From assembly GCA_001938485.1 (NCBI GenBank), contig MQRK01232042.1:1-53817 (forward strand): 53,817 nt of DNA, given 5' to 3'. The notes under the pieces are model-generated. The model was not told the DNA's origin, made no database searches, and saw nothing but the letters and a program-made list of their open reading frames with translations. This document shows positions 12,646 through 26,978 of this stretch, in pieces; the stretch's first letter is position 1, and every line of letters starts with the position of its first letter. The position numbers were made by a program, and so were the translations under genes. Origin of the DNA: Girardia tigrina (lineage: Eukaryota).

Positions 12646-14269
12646 AATTTTTAAATAATTAATTAATTTTTATCTATTTTTTAATACTTTTTTATTATTA
12701 ATTTAATTAGATTTATTAGGTTCGTGATTGAAATCAGAATTCATAATTTTGCAAACTTTATTTATACTACAATTTTCATTATTGAAACAAATTTATGAGG
12801 AACTATTTCAATTACATAATCCAGATCTAAAAAATTCTAAATATACATAATAATATAGATAAATAAATAAATATGTAATTTTATTCAATTTTTCATAAAT
12901 TTAGATCTTTAAAAATATTTTGAAAATTCAATTTAAACATAGTGATTATTAATAATTTAAACTATAAATTATTTCTCTTTAATAAAACATCTTATTTGTT
13001 TTTAACAAAAATTTGCAAAAACAATTTACAACTTTAAGATATAATTCACAAATTTGAAATACAGAAAATATTATTTTTATTTTTGAAATACAAATAATGA
13101 TTTTTTAAAATACACAAATATTAATCACTATTTAAATTTATTATTATTTAATAGAGATTTTAATTATAAAATTTTTAATATATTTATATATCTATATTTT
13201 ATTATTTTTTTATTGAATTAACTTTTTAAAATTAATTAAGATATATATTTTTATAACTGTTTTAAAACTTTTGGTTTTAAATATTTATTTTAGAGATTAT
13301 TTATAACAATTAATTATTTTCAAATTTATAAAAATTTTTATTTAGAGAATTATTTCATTTTAATTAATCGAATATTATTTTTGATTTATTTAAAATATAA
13401 ATATGATTTTTAAAAATATCGAAAATTTAAAAATATCAAAAATTTAAAGATCNNNNNNNNNNNNNNNNNNNNNNNNNNNNNNNNNNNNNNNNNNNNNNNN
13501 NNTTCATTTTAATTAATCGAATATTATTTTTGATTTATTTAAAATATAAATATGATTTTTAAAAATATCGAAAATTTAAAAATATCAAAAATTTAAAGAT
13601 CACCAAAAAGAACCCCGACAAGATTGACAATTATTTATAATATTCTTATATATATATATATGAAATTCTATTTAGAATCAATTTAAATGTTTCGTTCTGA
13701 TTTTAAAGAAGAATTTTAATCAACAGACAAAAATTTATCAATATGCACGATTCTGGAATGTATTTGAAATGATTTTATACATTTAGAAAATATTTGTGCA
13801 GTATGTATATATAATAATAAATTATAATATATATAAAAATATAATATAATATATATAATAATATAATAAAGCACAAATAATTCAAACGATTTGTCATTCA
13901 AATCTTTAATCATATTCTGAGAAAGAGAATGTTGATTTATAAACGATTGAATGAGAAGGACGCAAATATAAATATCAATTACAAATTATAATAAAAATAG
14001 AATACCTTTGAAATTTCGAAATAGTTACCTAAAAATATAAATCCCAGTACGTAAATAATTTTAAAAATTATTCTCTAGCAAATCTTCAATGTTACGGCGA
14101 ATTCTCTTAATATTTATTAATCAACTTTTGTAAAAATAAAAATGAATATTATTTGAAATGCACAAATAATAATAAATTTTTATAAACATAAATAACAACG
14201 CCATTGATAAAATTAAATTTTAATTTTATTGCAATATATTTCGGAGGATAAAAAATAATTCTACATTAT

Positions 14270-14821
14270 CTGTTTTTCAGAATAATGTCCATAAACACGT
14301 TCACACAACATCCATCCACAACCTCATAAACTTGCTTCTATATTTCCCTCATTCCTCAATCCCATCATGGCAAATTTTGCCAAACTAAAAATGGACATTA
14401 GAACCAGAGTCACCGCTATCTATTTGGATATATTGATGATTAACCATCAGTAAATGCAGAGACCACTTTGAAACAAATGATCGAAAATAAGGCTGGAAAA
14501 GAAGGATTCAAGGATTTGGTTGCCTCTGAGTATAAAATTTTTCCAATTAATTCAATCAATATAGATGGAGCTTCATGTTAATATTAATTAAATGCATAAA
14601 ACGACTTACTTTTGTAGAAAAAAAGGTTTCCAACTTAAAATCAAATGTCGCTTTGCTATTATAAAATACAAAAGACTAATTTGAAACGTTTTTATTTTTA
14701 TTGTTAATATATTTGATAACAATGTATAATACAATTTAAAGTACCGTTTATTTTTTCAAGAATTGTTTATTATTATAAGAAATTACGAGTGGAATCATGG
14801 ATTTCTTGAACAACCCCTGTG
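14270..14821 (+). mobile_element. Highly degraded Tc1/mariner-superfamily relic
   Basis: Ends in TIR-like ggatttcttgaacaacccctg; weak transposase-like fragments such as DGASC. Confidence 0.35.
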
Positions 14822-15550
14822 AGTGAACTTGACTGTGGAGGAAGACATTTGAAGATGGATTTTTTCATACATCTGTCTCCGTAAATATGTTAGTGTTATT
14901 CACTGTAATTTAATATTTTTAGATAATCCTCATTTAAGTGTCTCTTATTGATTCACTTGGTTTTTGCTAACTTAAATAAGTAAATATATAAAAATAATCT
15001 AAGAATAACATTAAAGATCATTATGGTTACATCTGATTTGAAGAGCGCATCTGAAGAAATCTATTAATATTTCTTTATCCTTTATTTAAATAAATTTGAA
15101 TAATTATATTATCTCTTTTATTATTAATATTCATTTTTATCTTTCTGGTTCATTTTCTTTTGATTTTTCCTTGAACAGAATATTTTGTGAAAATCCAATT
15201 AACTTTAATTTTTCCAACTAGAATCTTTTTTAAGACAATTTTTTGGAAATTAATTTAGCTTAAATTTGTATTCAATTTTCTTTCTTATACTAAATAACTT
15301 GCGAATAATCATTTTTTATAAAAGATAAAAGGCGAAAATTTGAACTATTATAGAGTACGATCACCTAAGTGGAACCTCAGAATCAGAAACCATGCAAAAT
15401 ATCAATAGTGTATTCGGATACAATACTACTACGCAGCAGACAGTATCAAATTGGTTCAAGAAATTCAATAATCAGTATTGGAGTCGCCCAAGAATGCATG
15501 TAGGCAAGGACAAATGGAAGATAACCTTTAAGTCGTATTAAGAACACCAA

Positions 15551-15948
15551 TGTGACTTTTAATATTTTTATTAATATTAAAAGTTATGATTATCCTAAAG
15601 ACAATCTTTGTCCAAGTTTTCGAACGATTGCATCCTCTTTGATTAATGACTTTAATATACATATCTGAGTAAATGGAGGTTACATAAACCGGTAAAATAC
15701 TTACCACAAATTTAATTGGTTGAAAATTAAAATGAATAATAATTATTTAACAAATACTAATTTAATTTGTTTATTTAAAAATTGTAAATAAAATTAATCA
15801 ACTTATTTAAAGTTTTACAATTATTTTAAATTAGAAATAAATTTAAAATTACATATTTTCAGATAATAAGAATTAAAATATCAATCAGCCATCTGAATAG
15901 GAGAGACACAATTCCAAATTAACATACAAAATTCAAATATTCCTCACA
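15551..15948 (+). repeat. AT-rich repeat family A, copy 1 (solo-LTR-like)
   Basis: TGTGA...TCACA termini; aligns by eye over about 400 bp with 26280-26702. Confidence 0.7.
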
Positions 15949-16099
15949 AAGTGCTCATGATTTTTTAACAACATCCATATGATTTTTCGAACATTTATTA
16001 ATATCACAAACAGATTTGTCATGACAACAATTATTCAAACCGCCTTCACTATTCGACATTTTTTTTGATTATTATATTTCTAAATTCATACTAATTTTA

Positions 16100-16406
16100 C
16101 AAAAAAATGAAAATATTTTTTAATTATTATTAATTATAAAGATTCTAATTGGTTAAAATTAAATCTAAACATTTTATAAAAAGAACCAATTAAGTTAATA
16201 CATTAAAATTTAAAATTACATTAAAAATTAAATATCACATTCGAAAAATATTTTAAATCTTTTTACTTTAAATAATTTTAATTAAATAATTTTTAATTAG
16301 TAGGAATCAAAGAAAATATCAATCATCCATCTGTATAGGAGAGGCACAATCCGAATCAACATACAACATACACATTATCAACAAACAATTCAAAACATTC
16401 CTCACA
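16100..16406 (+). repeat. Family A, copy 2 (partial)
   Basis: Shares atcaatc.ccatctg..taggagag.cacaat...attcctcaca; 5' boundary approximate. Confidence 0.6.
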
Positions 16407-16419
16407 GATAGCGTTTGTT

Positions 16420-16660
16420 GTTACAAATGAAACAATATTGAATCACTTGTTTAAAATTGGTAAAGTGTAAAAGTTGGACAAGTGTATTTTACATGAATCA
16501 AATGAAAAGTAGAAACAAAAGCATTTATATGCTTGCTTGATGATGCTTTCTTGTTAAATATGTGACCACTTTTTAATTCGAATCGTCACTTATATTAAAA
16601 AGTGGATCTAAATTGATAATCGTAAACGTTCAGCAAGCTTCAAAGAAATTCAAAGCAGTA
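16420..16660 (+). mobile_element. Mariner fragment
   Basis: HLFKIGKV*KLDKCILHE resembles HLKQIGKVKKLDKWVPHE, followed by RIVTYIKKWI. Confidence 0.75.
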
Positions 16661-16699
16661 ATCAAACCAGTCCAAGCACTTACTTTCAAGGAATTCCAG

Positions 16700-17592
16700 T
16701 CAAATTATTAACAAAATGATCATTTCACTTTCCTCGCTTCCAACTGTCCCCGCTTCATCGCTACCCTGAATGTGTGCCAATCACGAAAGCCTCAAGTCCA
16801 CGGGGTTAAAACCTAATGTATGACTTGACTTCTTGGCTTATCTACCTTTCTTCTTCAGCCATTGACGAAAATTGCGCTTCTGCCGCTACTGCGACAGCAT
16901 TGAAATTGAAAGCGTATATGTAGGAAAAAAAGAAGCCATGCATTCGTTTCTTAAAGGCTGTGAGCATGCTTGATCCATCGCAGTTACCAGCGGTCGAAGT
17001 GTTCTGCTACACAGTATTGAAGGCAGATTTGAGACTTCCGGACACTTGTGATGAAGAGTGGCTAGTTTATTTTCGATTAGTTGGAGATATCAGCACAAGT
17101 TTTACCAATCCCTTACAGTTTTGGAAAACTGTTCAAAATCGTGTTCCCAATCTTGCTCCGCGTGCTGTTTTACTTCTACAGTTCAAAGTCCACAGCGGTG
17201 ATGTGAAACGGTCATTCAGTGCTTTCAACCAAGTGTTTACCTCTCTCGGACAGCGATTAACTCCGGAAAACACCGCAGGTCTTTTGCGACTGTATTTAAA
17301 TAAATTTTGAAGTAGTAAATTATGTCTTCTTATGGAAAACATATGTAACTATATTAGTCGTATGAGATTTTTTAATTGTAATATGTGTGAATGTTTATAG
17401 TCATAGATAAAAAATTATTTAGGATACTTAACAATATGGATGAAAATAACTATATAGATAAAATAATTCCATGGACAGTGCGTATTTATGCACCAAAATG
17501 AAATAAACGGAATATATAAAGTCAAACCGCGAAAAATGCAAAATTTTACCACAGATTCCCCTAAAACTTACCACGGAAATGTCGCGTCCCTG
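16700..17592 (+). mobile_element. hAT element 3' part with TIR
   Basis: ORF 16960-17310 (PLQFWK..PNLA..SGDVKRSFS..RLTPEN) matches the hAT C-terminal dimerisation domain; terminus ...gtcgcgtccctg (reverse complement CAGGG). Confidence 0.85.
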
Positions 17593-17918
17593 CTCATAAC
17601 TATAAGGTGTATTTAAAAATTAAAATTAATTCAATCTACAAAACTTTTATTGAGGCTTAATGGTCTTATAAACTGTTTATTTATTTTTGTATTTAGTTTT
17701 CCTGACATAAAACAAGGATCCAGGCATAGACGGTTCCAATATTCATGGTTGAATAAATATTCATGGCTTGTGTACTCTGATATGTACAAAGGAAAATTCT
17801 GCAAATACTGCATGATCTTTGCTCCAGATATGATTGGTAATAACTCCGCTTCTAAAGCAGGAATCTTTGTTAAAAAGCAATCAACAAAGTTCCAAGATGG
17901 AATCAAGTAAGTTCATGT

Positions 17919-18119
17919 TAAGGGTAAAGCAACCAAATTCTGGACACTTGTCAATTATTTCCTTAAAATTTATTCTGGTTCGGCGAAATTTTCATCATTC
18001 GTTTTAAATGGCATTATTTATCTGCAAATAGAATTTCCCCTCATTATTATTAATTACATAAAAATTATGGAGGGTGTCCAGAATTTGATAACTGTCCGGA
18101 ATTCGGTTACTTACTCCTA
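17919..18119. mobile_element. ~200-bp MITE inside the hAT intron
   Basis: Imperfect TIRs taagggtaaagcaaccaaattctggaca and tgtccggaattcggttacttactccta. Confidence 0.65.
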
Positions 18120-18917
18120 AAATATATGAAAATTTTATCACATTAAAAATATCTTCCATTTTTCTGAAGGAATTTGAACAAACATCAGGCGACCACTTAT
18201 CACAAGAGGTGCGCAGGTATAGCGGAAAATTTTTTCGGGTATCTAAAGATGAAGAAGATGTGATATCGAAGCTGGATTATTCTCACAAACAACAAGTGGA
18301 AGAAAACAGAATGAGGTTAGTAACAGAGGCAGACTTATTTATACTACAAAAGGATATGTAAACGAGTGGAGAGATTAGAGTTTATGAATAAAAACTACAA
18401 ACTAGTGACTAAGACAATAAGTAAAATTGAAAATGATTGAAATTCCCAACCATTGGTATATATGTGACTCGATCTCTACCGCTAGTTGTGAATTTTAATC
18501 ATTTTGTTTATACTAATTAAGTAACATTGTATTTTTGTACGTTTTAGGTTGGTTCCAATGGTCAAAACTATCTTCTTTTGTGGCATCTTTGGCTTGCCAC
18601 TTCGTGGACATAGAGAACATTCGGGACTTAACTTGAAAAATGAAGAAAATGATGGAATTTTCAAAGGCCTTTTATAATTTAGAATTGATGCTGGAGATTT
18701 CCATCTTGCTAGCCATTTTGAGAACATGACAACTAGGACAATGCATTTCAGCAACCGTATCGAAAATAAGCTGATCGATACCACCAGAATCTTAATTCAA
18801 GAAATGATAGTGAATCAGATCCAAAATTCAAACTTCTTTAGCATTCTTGCTGATGAAACAACGGATTCGTTCACAACAGAACAACTATCCTTCGTTGTCC
18901 GTTATGTGCACCAAAAT

Positions 18918-19040
18918 ACACCCTTCATGGCAAGTGCATGTTGCTCAAAATATAGCCCAGGAACGTATTGACGTGACTGTAGAGCGCTTTAAATCGAGTT
19001 CACTTGGGAATTAGCGCTATATAAAAACCCACATTATTAT
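18918..19040 (+). mobile_element. 5'-truncated L2/CR1-type LINE or SINE 3' tail
   Basis: agcgct...agcgct stem-loop, then atataaa and an (att)n tail; interrupts hAT coding sequence between RYVHQN and ICEEYF. Confidence 0.6.
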
Positions 19041-19699
19041 TTGTGAGGAATATTTTAAATTGTTTGAATGTGTAAATGTATGGATGATGTATGTTGATTT
19101 AAATATGTTGAATATAGAATGGTGATTCTCCCAGCCAGATGGAAATTGGTATTTTTTTTATTAAATTTAAAGTGATTGACTATTCGAATATAATTAAAAT
19201 AATCATTTTATAAGTTCATATCTTTAATTTCAGAATTAAAATTAAGTTTAATAATTTTTAGTAAAATTTAAATTAAATGCATTTTTAATAATTTGATGTC
19301 ATTTTTATTATTTTAGGATTTATTAAAAAATGGTAAAAATTATTATTTTTAATTAATATATTTTAGAGTTTAAATATTTTAAAAAATAACTTAGAAAAAT
19401 TGTTTGAATAATCATGATTAAAAACACAAATAAGAAAACCAATTAGAACGATGGCAAACGATGAAAGACCTTCTGAGAGTTTTAATGACTCTAAATGTAA
19501 TTGCAATAAAGATTCAAACGAGACATGTTTAAATGTTCTTAATATTATTATTATTATAAAATCAGACTACTGAAAATACCCACACCTTCGTATCCCCTTA
19601 GAGTCATTGTTCTCACTTAGTCCAAAGCAAGTTGTTTACCTAAATTTGTATCATGGCCGCCCCCAGAACGAAATCGTATGCACGCCCCTGTAAATAATA

Positions 19700-19985
19700 A
19701 TAACTTTTAATTTCTTAAAATTTTATGTATAAAAATGCATTAAGGGAATTTAAAAATGAACATTAGTTTTTAAATTATATTAAACTCAATAAGCTAAATT
19801 GTTTACTCAAAAATAATACTCAAATTTATAATTATAAAACTTGTAATTAATTATTATTTAAACATTAATTTCATTAGATTCAAATAATCAATAAATAAAC
19901 ATATCAATCCCATCTGAGTAGGTGAGTCACCAATCTAAACAACATACAAACAACAAACTTACAACATTTAGAATTTTCATTCACA
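19700..19985 (+). repeat. Family A, copy 3 (diverged, partial)
   Basis: atatcaatcccatctgagtaggtgagtcaccaatctaaacaacatac...tcaca. Confidence 0.55.
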
Positions 19986-21082
19986 CAAATACTAAAACAG
20001 ATCTCCATATGTTTAAGAACAACAATAAACATATATATTTGCTACTAGTAAACAATCTACGCTTTTTGTGTGATTTTATCAAATTCCTTCACATCATAAC
20101 GTAAATCGTTCAGTCAATATCATGTCCGTTTGTTCAGTATTTCCATAATTAAACTTGCCTATTAGTTAGGAATACAGTTAGGAACTTTTGTTCGTTGACT
20201 TTTTTTACTTTGATATATGTAGTTAGTGCAATTCGTAGCTTTATTGCTCAACTAACCTTAATCTTTTTTCTTGATCTCTTAGTTAATATCAAAAATATCA
20301 ACCGTTTCGGACCTACAGGTAATTTTTTTATCTCAGGGGATTTCAGCAGAAGACTAAACTTTTCAAATGTGTTTACCAAGGGAATTATTCAGTCCATTCT
20401 TTCTTTTAATATTTCGTTCACGCTATGATCATGCTGCCGTCACACTACATACCTAGAGTACAAATATTCTATCAAAAGAATGGTCCTCCGTTTAATAACT
20501 TACTATTCAACTTTCTGATGTTTGTAAAAAAATCGTCTTGAAACGGTTAAATATACTCTTGTTAAATATGTGTTATTGTAATTTGTGTTTTTCCTTTTTG
20601 TGATAACATTTTGAATTTTCGGTATTTATTTCGTAATAATTATATTTTTGGATTCCTTACTAATTATAGTTTATTTAGTTATATTTTAATTAATTTAAAA
20701 CAAATTTTAAGGTGGTTTTAGATGCAATAAACAGTGCGCCGAAGATTGGGCTAAAACATGACAGGAAATGAGATAAAACTATTTGGTCGAATAAGTTTGA
20801 GCCACAAAGAATAGTTCGGGATTCCATCGTGATTCCCTCAGTCAAACCAAGCCGTAACACAAACTGCCAGTAATTTTTCGACTTTGACCGTCTCGGTAGG
20901 ACAACTTATTCGAGTTGTATACCCGAAAATCATAACCCTAACTTCCAGAAATCGGGACAGTCTCATCAATTATGGATTCTCACTCTAAATCTGAATCCCG
21001 GGTGTTTGCCACCACAACATCAATAATACTATAAACGTTGCTTTTAAAACATTATTTTTTTATATTTTTCTTCTTAGTTATA

Positions 21083-22411
21083 CAGTGCGTTCCAAAAGTC
21101 TGTTCGCACCCATAAAAATCATCACTTATACAAATTTCCTAAACAAAAAGACGATGAAGTGGAAGTAAATATTATATTTACAAATAAAAATGTTATTTTT
21201 AATATTTTGTGTGGTATCCTTTCATCTTGATGATTGAAGACACCCTTCGCGGCATCGAATCGANNNNNNNNNNNNNNNNNNNNNNNNNNNNNNNNNNNNN
21301 NNNNNNNNNNNNNNNNNNNNNNNNNNNNNNNNNNNNNNNNNNNNNNNNNNNNNNNNNNNNNNNNNNNNNNNNNNNNNNNNNNNNNNNNNNNNNNNNNNNN
21401 NNNNNNNNNNNNNNNNNNNNNNNNNNNNNNNNNNNNNNNNNNNNNNNNNNNNNNNNNNNNNNNNNNNNNNNNNNNNNNNNNNNNNNNNNNNNNNNNNNNN
21501 NNNNNNNNNNNNNNNNNNNNNNNNNNNNNNNNNNNNNNNNNNNNNNNNNNNNNNNNNNNNNNNNNNNNNNNNNNNNNNNNNNNNNNNNNNNNNNNNNNNN
21601 NNNNNNNNNNNNNNNNNNNNNNNNNNNNNNNNNNNNNNNNNNNNNNNNNNNNNNNNNNNNNNNNNNNNNNNNNNNNNNNNNNNNNNNNNNNNNNNNNNNN
21701 NNNNNNNNNNNNNNNNNNNNNNNNNNNNNNNNNNNNNNNNNNNNNNNNNNNNNNNNNNNNNNNNNNNNNNNNNNNNNNNNNNNNNNNNNNNNNNNNNNNN
21801 NNNNNNNNNNNNNNNNNNNNNNNNNNNNNNNNNNNNNNNNNNNNNNNNNNNNNNNNNGGCTTGCAAACAGCATAATGATTTTTTAAGCCGTACTTTATCA
21901 AAATTCTATTCACTGTACTTCGTGATGCATGTATCATTCCAGCTGCATTGAAAGCTCCTGTTATTTTACTTATCGATATGCGCCTATTTTTCAAGCATAT
22001 ACGGCAAATAATTCTTTCAGAACGTTTTGGTAATTTTGAAGGTTGTCCACTACGTTCTTTATCTTCATATGTACCTAATGTCTTGAACTTATGTACAATT
22101 TTTTGAATGCCTCGCTTTGAAACAATAATACCATGTTTAACCTTCATAATTTCTTGTATCCGACCCGTTGAATGACCCTCGTTCATTAATTCTACAATAA
22201 TAATCCTAAACCTTATATCTATATTTCGAGTTGTCATTGAATCTAAAAGATAGACATTTAATTAATTCATCTTAAAAAAAGATGGTCTTGATATTTCAAT
22301 TTTAAATTTACTAAAATTATTTAAATTAAAGCATTTAAACAAATTAAAAAATATAATAAATAGCATAAATCAAAATTTCAATGGGTGCGAACAGACTTTT
22401 AGAACGCACTG
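21083..22411 (-). mobile_element. Tc1 element (interior in an assembly gap)
   Basis: About 30-bp TIRs cagtgcgttc(c/t)aaaagtctgttcgcaccca with TA TSD; N-terminal paired-HTH region (MTTRNI...RSGQPSK) and C-terminus DSMPRRVSSIIKMKGYHTKY. Confidence 0.95.
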
Positions 22412-23559
22412 TATAAATGTTACAAATTTAAACAAATGGAAAGTAAAAAATAATCGGTTTAGGAAAAAACTTTTCATGTTAGCTATATTTTATGACAATA
22501 AAAAAGGGGATATTGGAAGGTAGTCTTCATACAACATTGTGGTATATATATATATATATATTTATGTATTTATCAATTAAATTTGAAATTTAATAGTAAT
22601 TAGTAGAATCTGTCAGTTATCTTCAATGACAACACACAGTTTCTCATAAAGTTTCTTAACAATGCCTCACTGGCATGGGAGATGTTTCAGAGAATCAATA
22701 AAAGGTCAGCATATCCAGCTTCATTTTTTGATGGGGAAGAAAAACTGTATCTTTAGGTGTCAGTGAATTGGAGTCTTGGCTGAAAAGTGCGTAGGAGATA
22801 TTTAATGAGAAGTAAATATGAATCGACATCGGATTGGTTCACGTGATACAATTATTCCATATTTAGAAAAAAAGCTATAAATAATAAATTTGGCTAAAAA
22901 ATTCTGAGGTAGGTAAATGAAAACAGAGAATTATTTTTTTTCCAGCAGACACTTGTCAAATTTGCTTTTATTATTTTTTTAAAATTTTTAAAATTTATTT
23001 TTAGTAAAAGAAAATAATTTTTAATTTTTTTGAAATAAAAAAGAGGAAATGAAAATAATTATATATATATATATATATACATATTTTAAACAATTAAAAT
23101 CATACTGGAGAATGAATTTTAAATTATTAAAGTTTTCTTATTGAATATAATTTTTATAGAATTAATTTTTTTAATGCACAATTTGAATATTACATTGAAT
23201 GTTATCAAATTTTATTATTTATTTCAAACAATGAAGATTTGATTGACATTGGATAATTTATTTACAAAATGTTTTATAAACACTCAGATAATTTTTATTA
23301 CTTGGCTAAAGATAATATGTATAAAATATAAATTTGAGTTAGATTTGATATGGACATTGTTAGGAATTACAAATGTTAGGAAAATTTTTGAAATAAGGTT
23401 AAATTAAATAAGTACAAATTAAAATTTATATATAATTAAATATTTAAAGTTTGAAAAAAGAAATTACTAAAATTAAGAAAATCTAATTAAATTGTTAATA
23501 ATTAAAAATTTTTGAGAGTTTTAAATATAATATAAAATTTTTATTCTGACATTTTAGAT

Positions 23560-24562
23560 TTTCGTCAGTACGATGATTTCAGACGTCGAAAATCGCAGCG
23601 TTATCCAGTACTTTGTGTTACTGAAGAAGATGTGGAGTGAAATCTACGATCTTTTGCAGTCAACTTACCTACATGACTCTCCATCTCTGATAACTGTTAA
23701 ATATTGGGTCAGAGAGTTTAAATGGTGGTTGCATCTCCGTTCTTGATCATGAAAAATCAGGTCGACCACAAGACATTTTCGACGCAGTTGATGAAAAGGT
23801 GGAGAAGATGATTCAACAAGAGCATCAAACTACCATGAAAAGGCTGTCAACGAAGCTCAACATGGAACCTGTGGGACCAGCATGGGGAGAATTTCTTAGC
23901 AAATTTAGTTACAGAGGATGAAACCCCACTCAGTATGTATTTGCCAGAAACAAAGCATGAATCAGCAGAGTAGAAACTGCCTTTAGAGAAGCCATCTTTG
24001 AAGATGCAAACAGGTATTAGTCATGGATGAGCGATGATTCTTGCCATTTTCTTGGATATTAAAGGCGTCATTCTCATGGATTTCACCGATAAGGCATTAA
24101 CATTAACGCTTCCTATTACAGCTAACTCGTGAAAATCGTCAGAAAGAATAGACGGAAGTAGAAGAATATGACACCATAGTTTCTCCACGACAAGGAGCCA
24201 TTGCATACAGCGGGTATTTCTCGTGCTAGACTAGTACTTCTATATAATACTCCGTACAGCCAATATTTGGCACCAAATGAATATTACCTCTTCTGACACT
24301 TAAAGAGCATTTGAGAGGCATCCAGTTAGGATCCAAAGACGGCTTCAAGGTTGTCGCGAAGGATTTCTTAGCTGCATGATCCCCAGAATTTTTCAACAAG
24401 GCGTATTCTGTTTTGATTATTTATTGGTGGAAGTGTTTTGAGAGAAACGGACATTATGTTGAATGATGATGCCTATATATGTAAAGTCTTTTGTGTTATA
24501 AAAATGGCCCTATTTGGAAATCGTTTTCTTTGTTAGGTCGAGTACTTATTGAATGTACCACG
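23560..24562 (+). mobile_element. Degraded mariner (irritans-like)
   Basis: TVKYWVREFK..SGRP, VTEDET, FLHDKEPLH and PYSQYLAPNEYYLF; 3' TIR tacttattgaatgtaccacg followed by TA. Confidence 0.85.
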
Positions 24563-24611
24563 TATATTTAAATTTTTTAAATTAATAAATCAAATTAAAC
24601 AAGTAATATTT

Positions 24612-24760
24612 ACAGTCGCGAGCAAAAGTAATGGGCCACCTATAATAATTTTGTAAATCTATTATTTTCCATATGAAAATTAGGTTATAATGAGTTAAAA
24701 CTAAGCAATTTTATTATATGAATATCGAGGATAAGAATTTACACTAAAGATGTCGTGATA
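24612..24760. mobile_element. Isolated Tc1-like terminus
   Basis: TA followed by cagtcgcgagcaaaagtaatgggcca; partner TIR not found. Confidence 0.45.
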
Positions 24761-26279
24761 ATTGTAAATTTGTTTAAATAATGTAATTTATATAACAATA
24801 TAACATAATATTTGAATTCATTTAAATTCATTTATTTGTATTTAAATTCAATCCAATTAGATTTATAATAAATATTTTAAAAATATATTCAGATGAAAAT
24901 TTTGATTATGATAATTGGATATAATTATTAATCTATTCGAACGATGTTTATGGATTACAGATTGTCCCTAGAATGACCCAAATTGTAATTCTAATAAAGT
25001 TATAATCAATATCTGAGTTCTCTTAACAAAAATTATGCTGGTTTTTCATGAATTTTGATTCGAAATAAAGTGGATAGATGAGAAAGTTAAGTTCACAAAA
25101 TATTTATACAGAGAACACTAAATTATATCAAAACCACTATGTAAAATTAAAAATAAATCCTAAAAATCAATTTCAATTACATTCTAGAGAGGCATTTTAA
25201 ATCGTAGACAGCATATATTGGGTTACTTTGTTCTCTTTGAATCAATCTCAGAGGTTAATTAGATTATTTACATAGTCGAAAATGCAAAAAGTTACCTGAT
25301 CAGCTGAAAAGTCTTTAACTTGGACAAGAATCAAATTAAAATATTCAACTGATCATCTCGACAAACCATCACAAAAAATGAAAATGTGGATTGCTTTGTT
25401 TATACTAAAGCAGAAGACTTTCCGTTTCGGGAATTGACGTTTTTTAATATGTTTAGTTTGGTATTATGATTAATTTATTGGAGATCTTTGTTTTATGTGT
25501 TCCTTTTAAGGAATAGATAAAAATAAAAATATCTTTTCGAATAAATAATAATTTTTATTGCTTCAAAGAACTGTTAGGGGTGGATAAATGTGAAGTAATA
25601 ATTTATATTAAAAGAGAATAATAAAATAACTCAGAATTGGATTTTATAATATTTATTTTATTACAAATAGATACAATAAATTTAATCACTTTTGCTAAAG
25701 TGGTTTTGATTTTACAAAGGAATCACCAATCATGCTTGTTTCATCATGCTTGTTTTCAAAATAAGTTTAATACTAACAATTATTGATTTTAATAAATATT
25801 ACAATAAAGATCAATGATTTTATCAAAAAAATAATATCAATAATGACGGAGATATGTATCACAAAGAAGAAGCAAGGTAAGACGAGTGCTTACTTGAAAA
25901 ATTCTCTGTTGGCGGCTACACAATGTCTTGTAGTAATCAGAATTAATTTTTCGTAACATAATAATTTATAATTTTCTTACGATGGCTACGGCAATCTCGT
26001 ATTGGTTATTGGAGTGGTTGAAAAAAGTTCGTCTCAATAAAATGGTTGTTCCGTTTGAAATATCTCTTTCCTTTTTGATTTTTGAATAAATTATTATGTT
26101 TTCGATTAAAATTCAAATTTTTATATACTAATTTACAAATCTTCTGTGTTTGACTTATCGATATTGTTTATCTCAATTGTTGAGGATTTTTTATACTTTG
26201 TATCGACCTATAATTAATAGAGTGACTTATATTTTTAACTTAACTTCTTGTACTTTTGCAATTAAATAAAATTGACCCT

Positions 26280-26702
26280 TGGACTTTTAATATTTTTATT
26301 AATATAACAAGTTTGATTGTGATCAGGACAATCTTTGTCAAAACTTTCGTACGATTGTATCCGTCTAATTAATTAATGATTTTATTCTTAATTTCTGAGC
26401 AAATTGAGAATTACATAAATTGTTAAAGTTATTATTCAAAAGTTTATTGGTTAAAATTAAAATGATTATTAATTATTTTTAAAAATATTAATTAAATTTA
26501 TTTCTTTAAAACTTGTAAATAAAATTAATAAACTTATTTAAAGTTTTACAATTATTTTAAATTAGAAATAAATTTAAACATTACATATTTTTAGATAATA
26601 AGAATTAAAATATTAATCATCAATCTGGGTAGGAGAGACACAATTACAAATCAACATACACATTCAAATACAAAACATCAAACATTTAAAATATTCCTAA
26701 CA
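26280..26702 (+). repeat. Family A, copy 4
   Basis: Near full-length match to 15551-15948; ends attcctaaca. Confidence 0.7.
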
Positions 26703-26978
26703 CTTATTATTTTCCATTTCTTTCTTCTTTTATAAATAATTAGACATTTTTTCTTTGTTTAGAAAAATAAATCTTATAAATGAAATTAGTCAAAATTTTT
26801 AAACAATAAATATATTTTTTTACTTTTATAATTGTAAATTGTTTTTCCAGAATCCAGCAGAACCTTTATTTTAAGAAGCAAAAACTTTATGAAAAGAGGA
26901 TTTTAGTTAGTGTATAATATCTATTAAACAGTAAATTATATGATAGAAAACTGTACCTAAAATGAAGATGATCCATAA

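Larger units (their letters stand above)
17697..19690 (+). mobile_element. Intron-containing hAT (Tip100/ZMYM1-like) element, truncated and internally deleted
   Basis: Exons 17697-17906, 18170-18315 and 18548-~18917 joined by phase-2 GT-AG introns; TTF zinc finger (FQYSWL..CKYC..HQATTYH), LPLRGHRE, FSILADETTD; 3' TIR ...gcacgcccctg. Confidence 0.85.

Noticed and set aside
13354-13601. About 100-bp exact direct repeat on both sides of the N gap
   Set aside because: Identical sequence flanking a scaffold gap is a typical unmerged contig overlap artefact.
21199-21886. Several long ORFs in the ORF track
   Set aside because: They are open only because they run through Ns; only the Tc1 frame ends are meaningful.
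25840-25882. Phase-2 donor (gcaag|gtaag) that could splice to the 29513 exon
   Set aside because: The frame hits a stop upstream before any acceptor AG.
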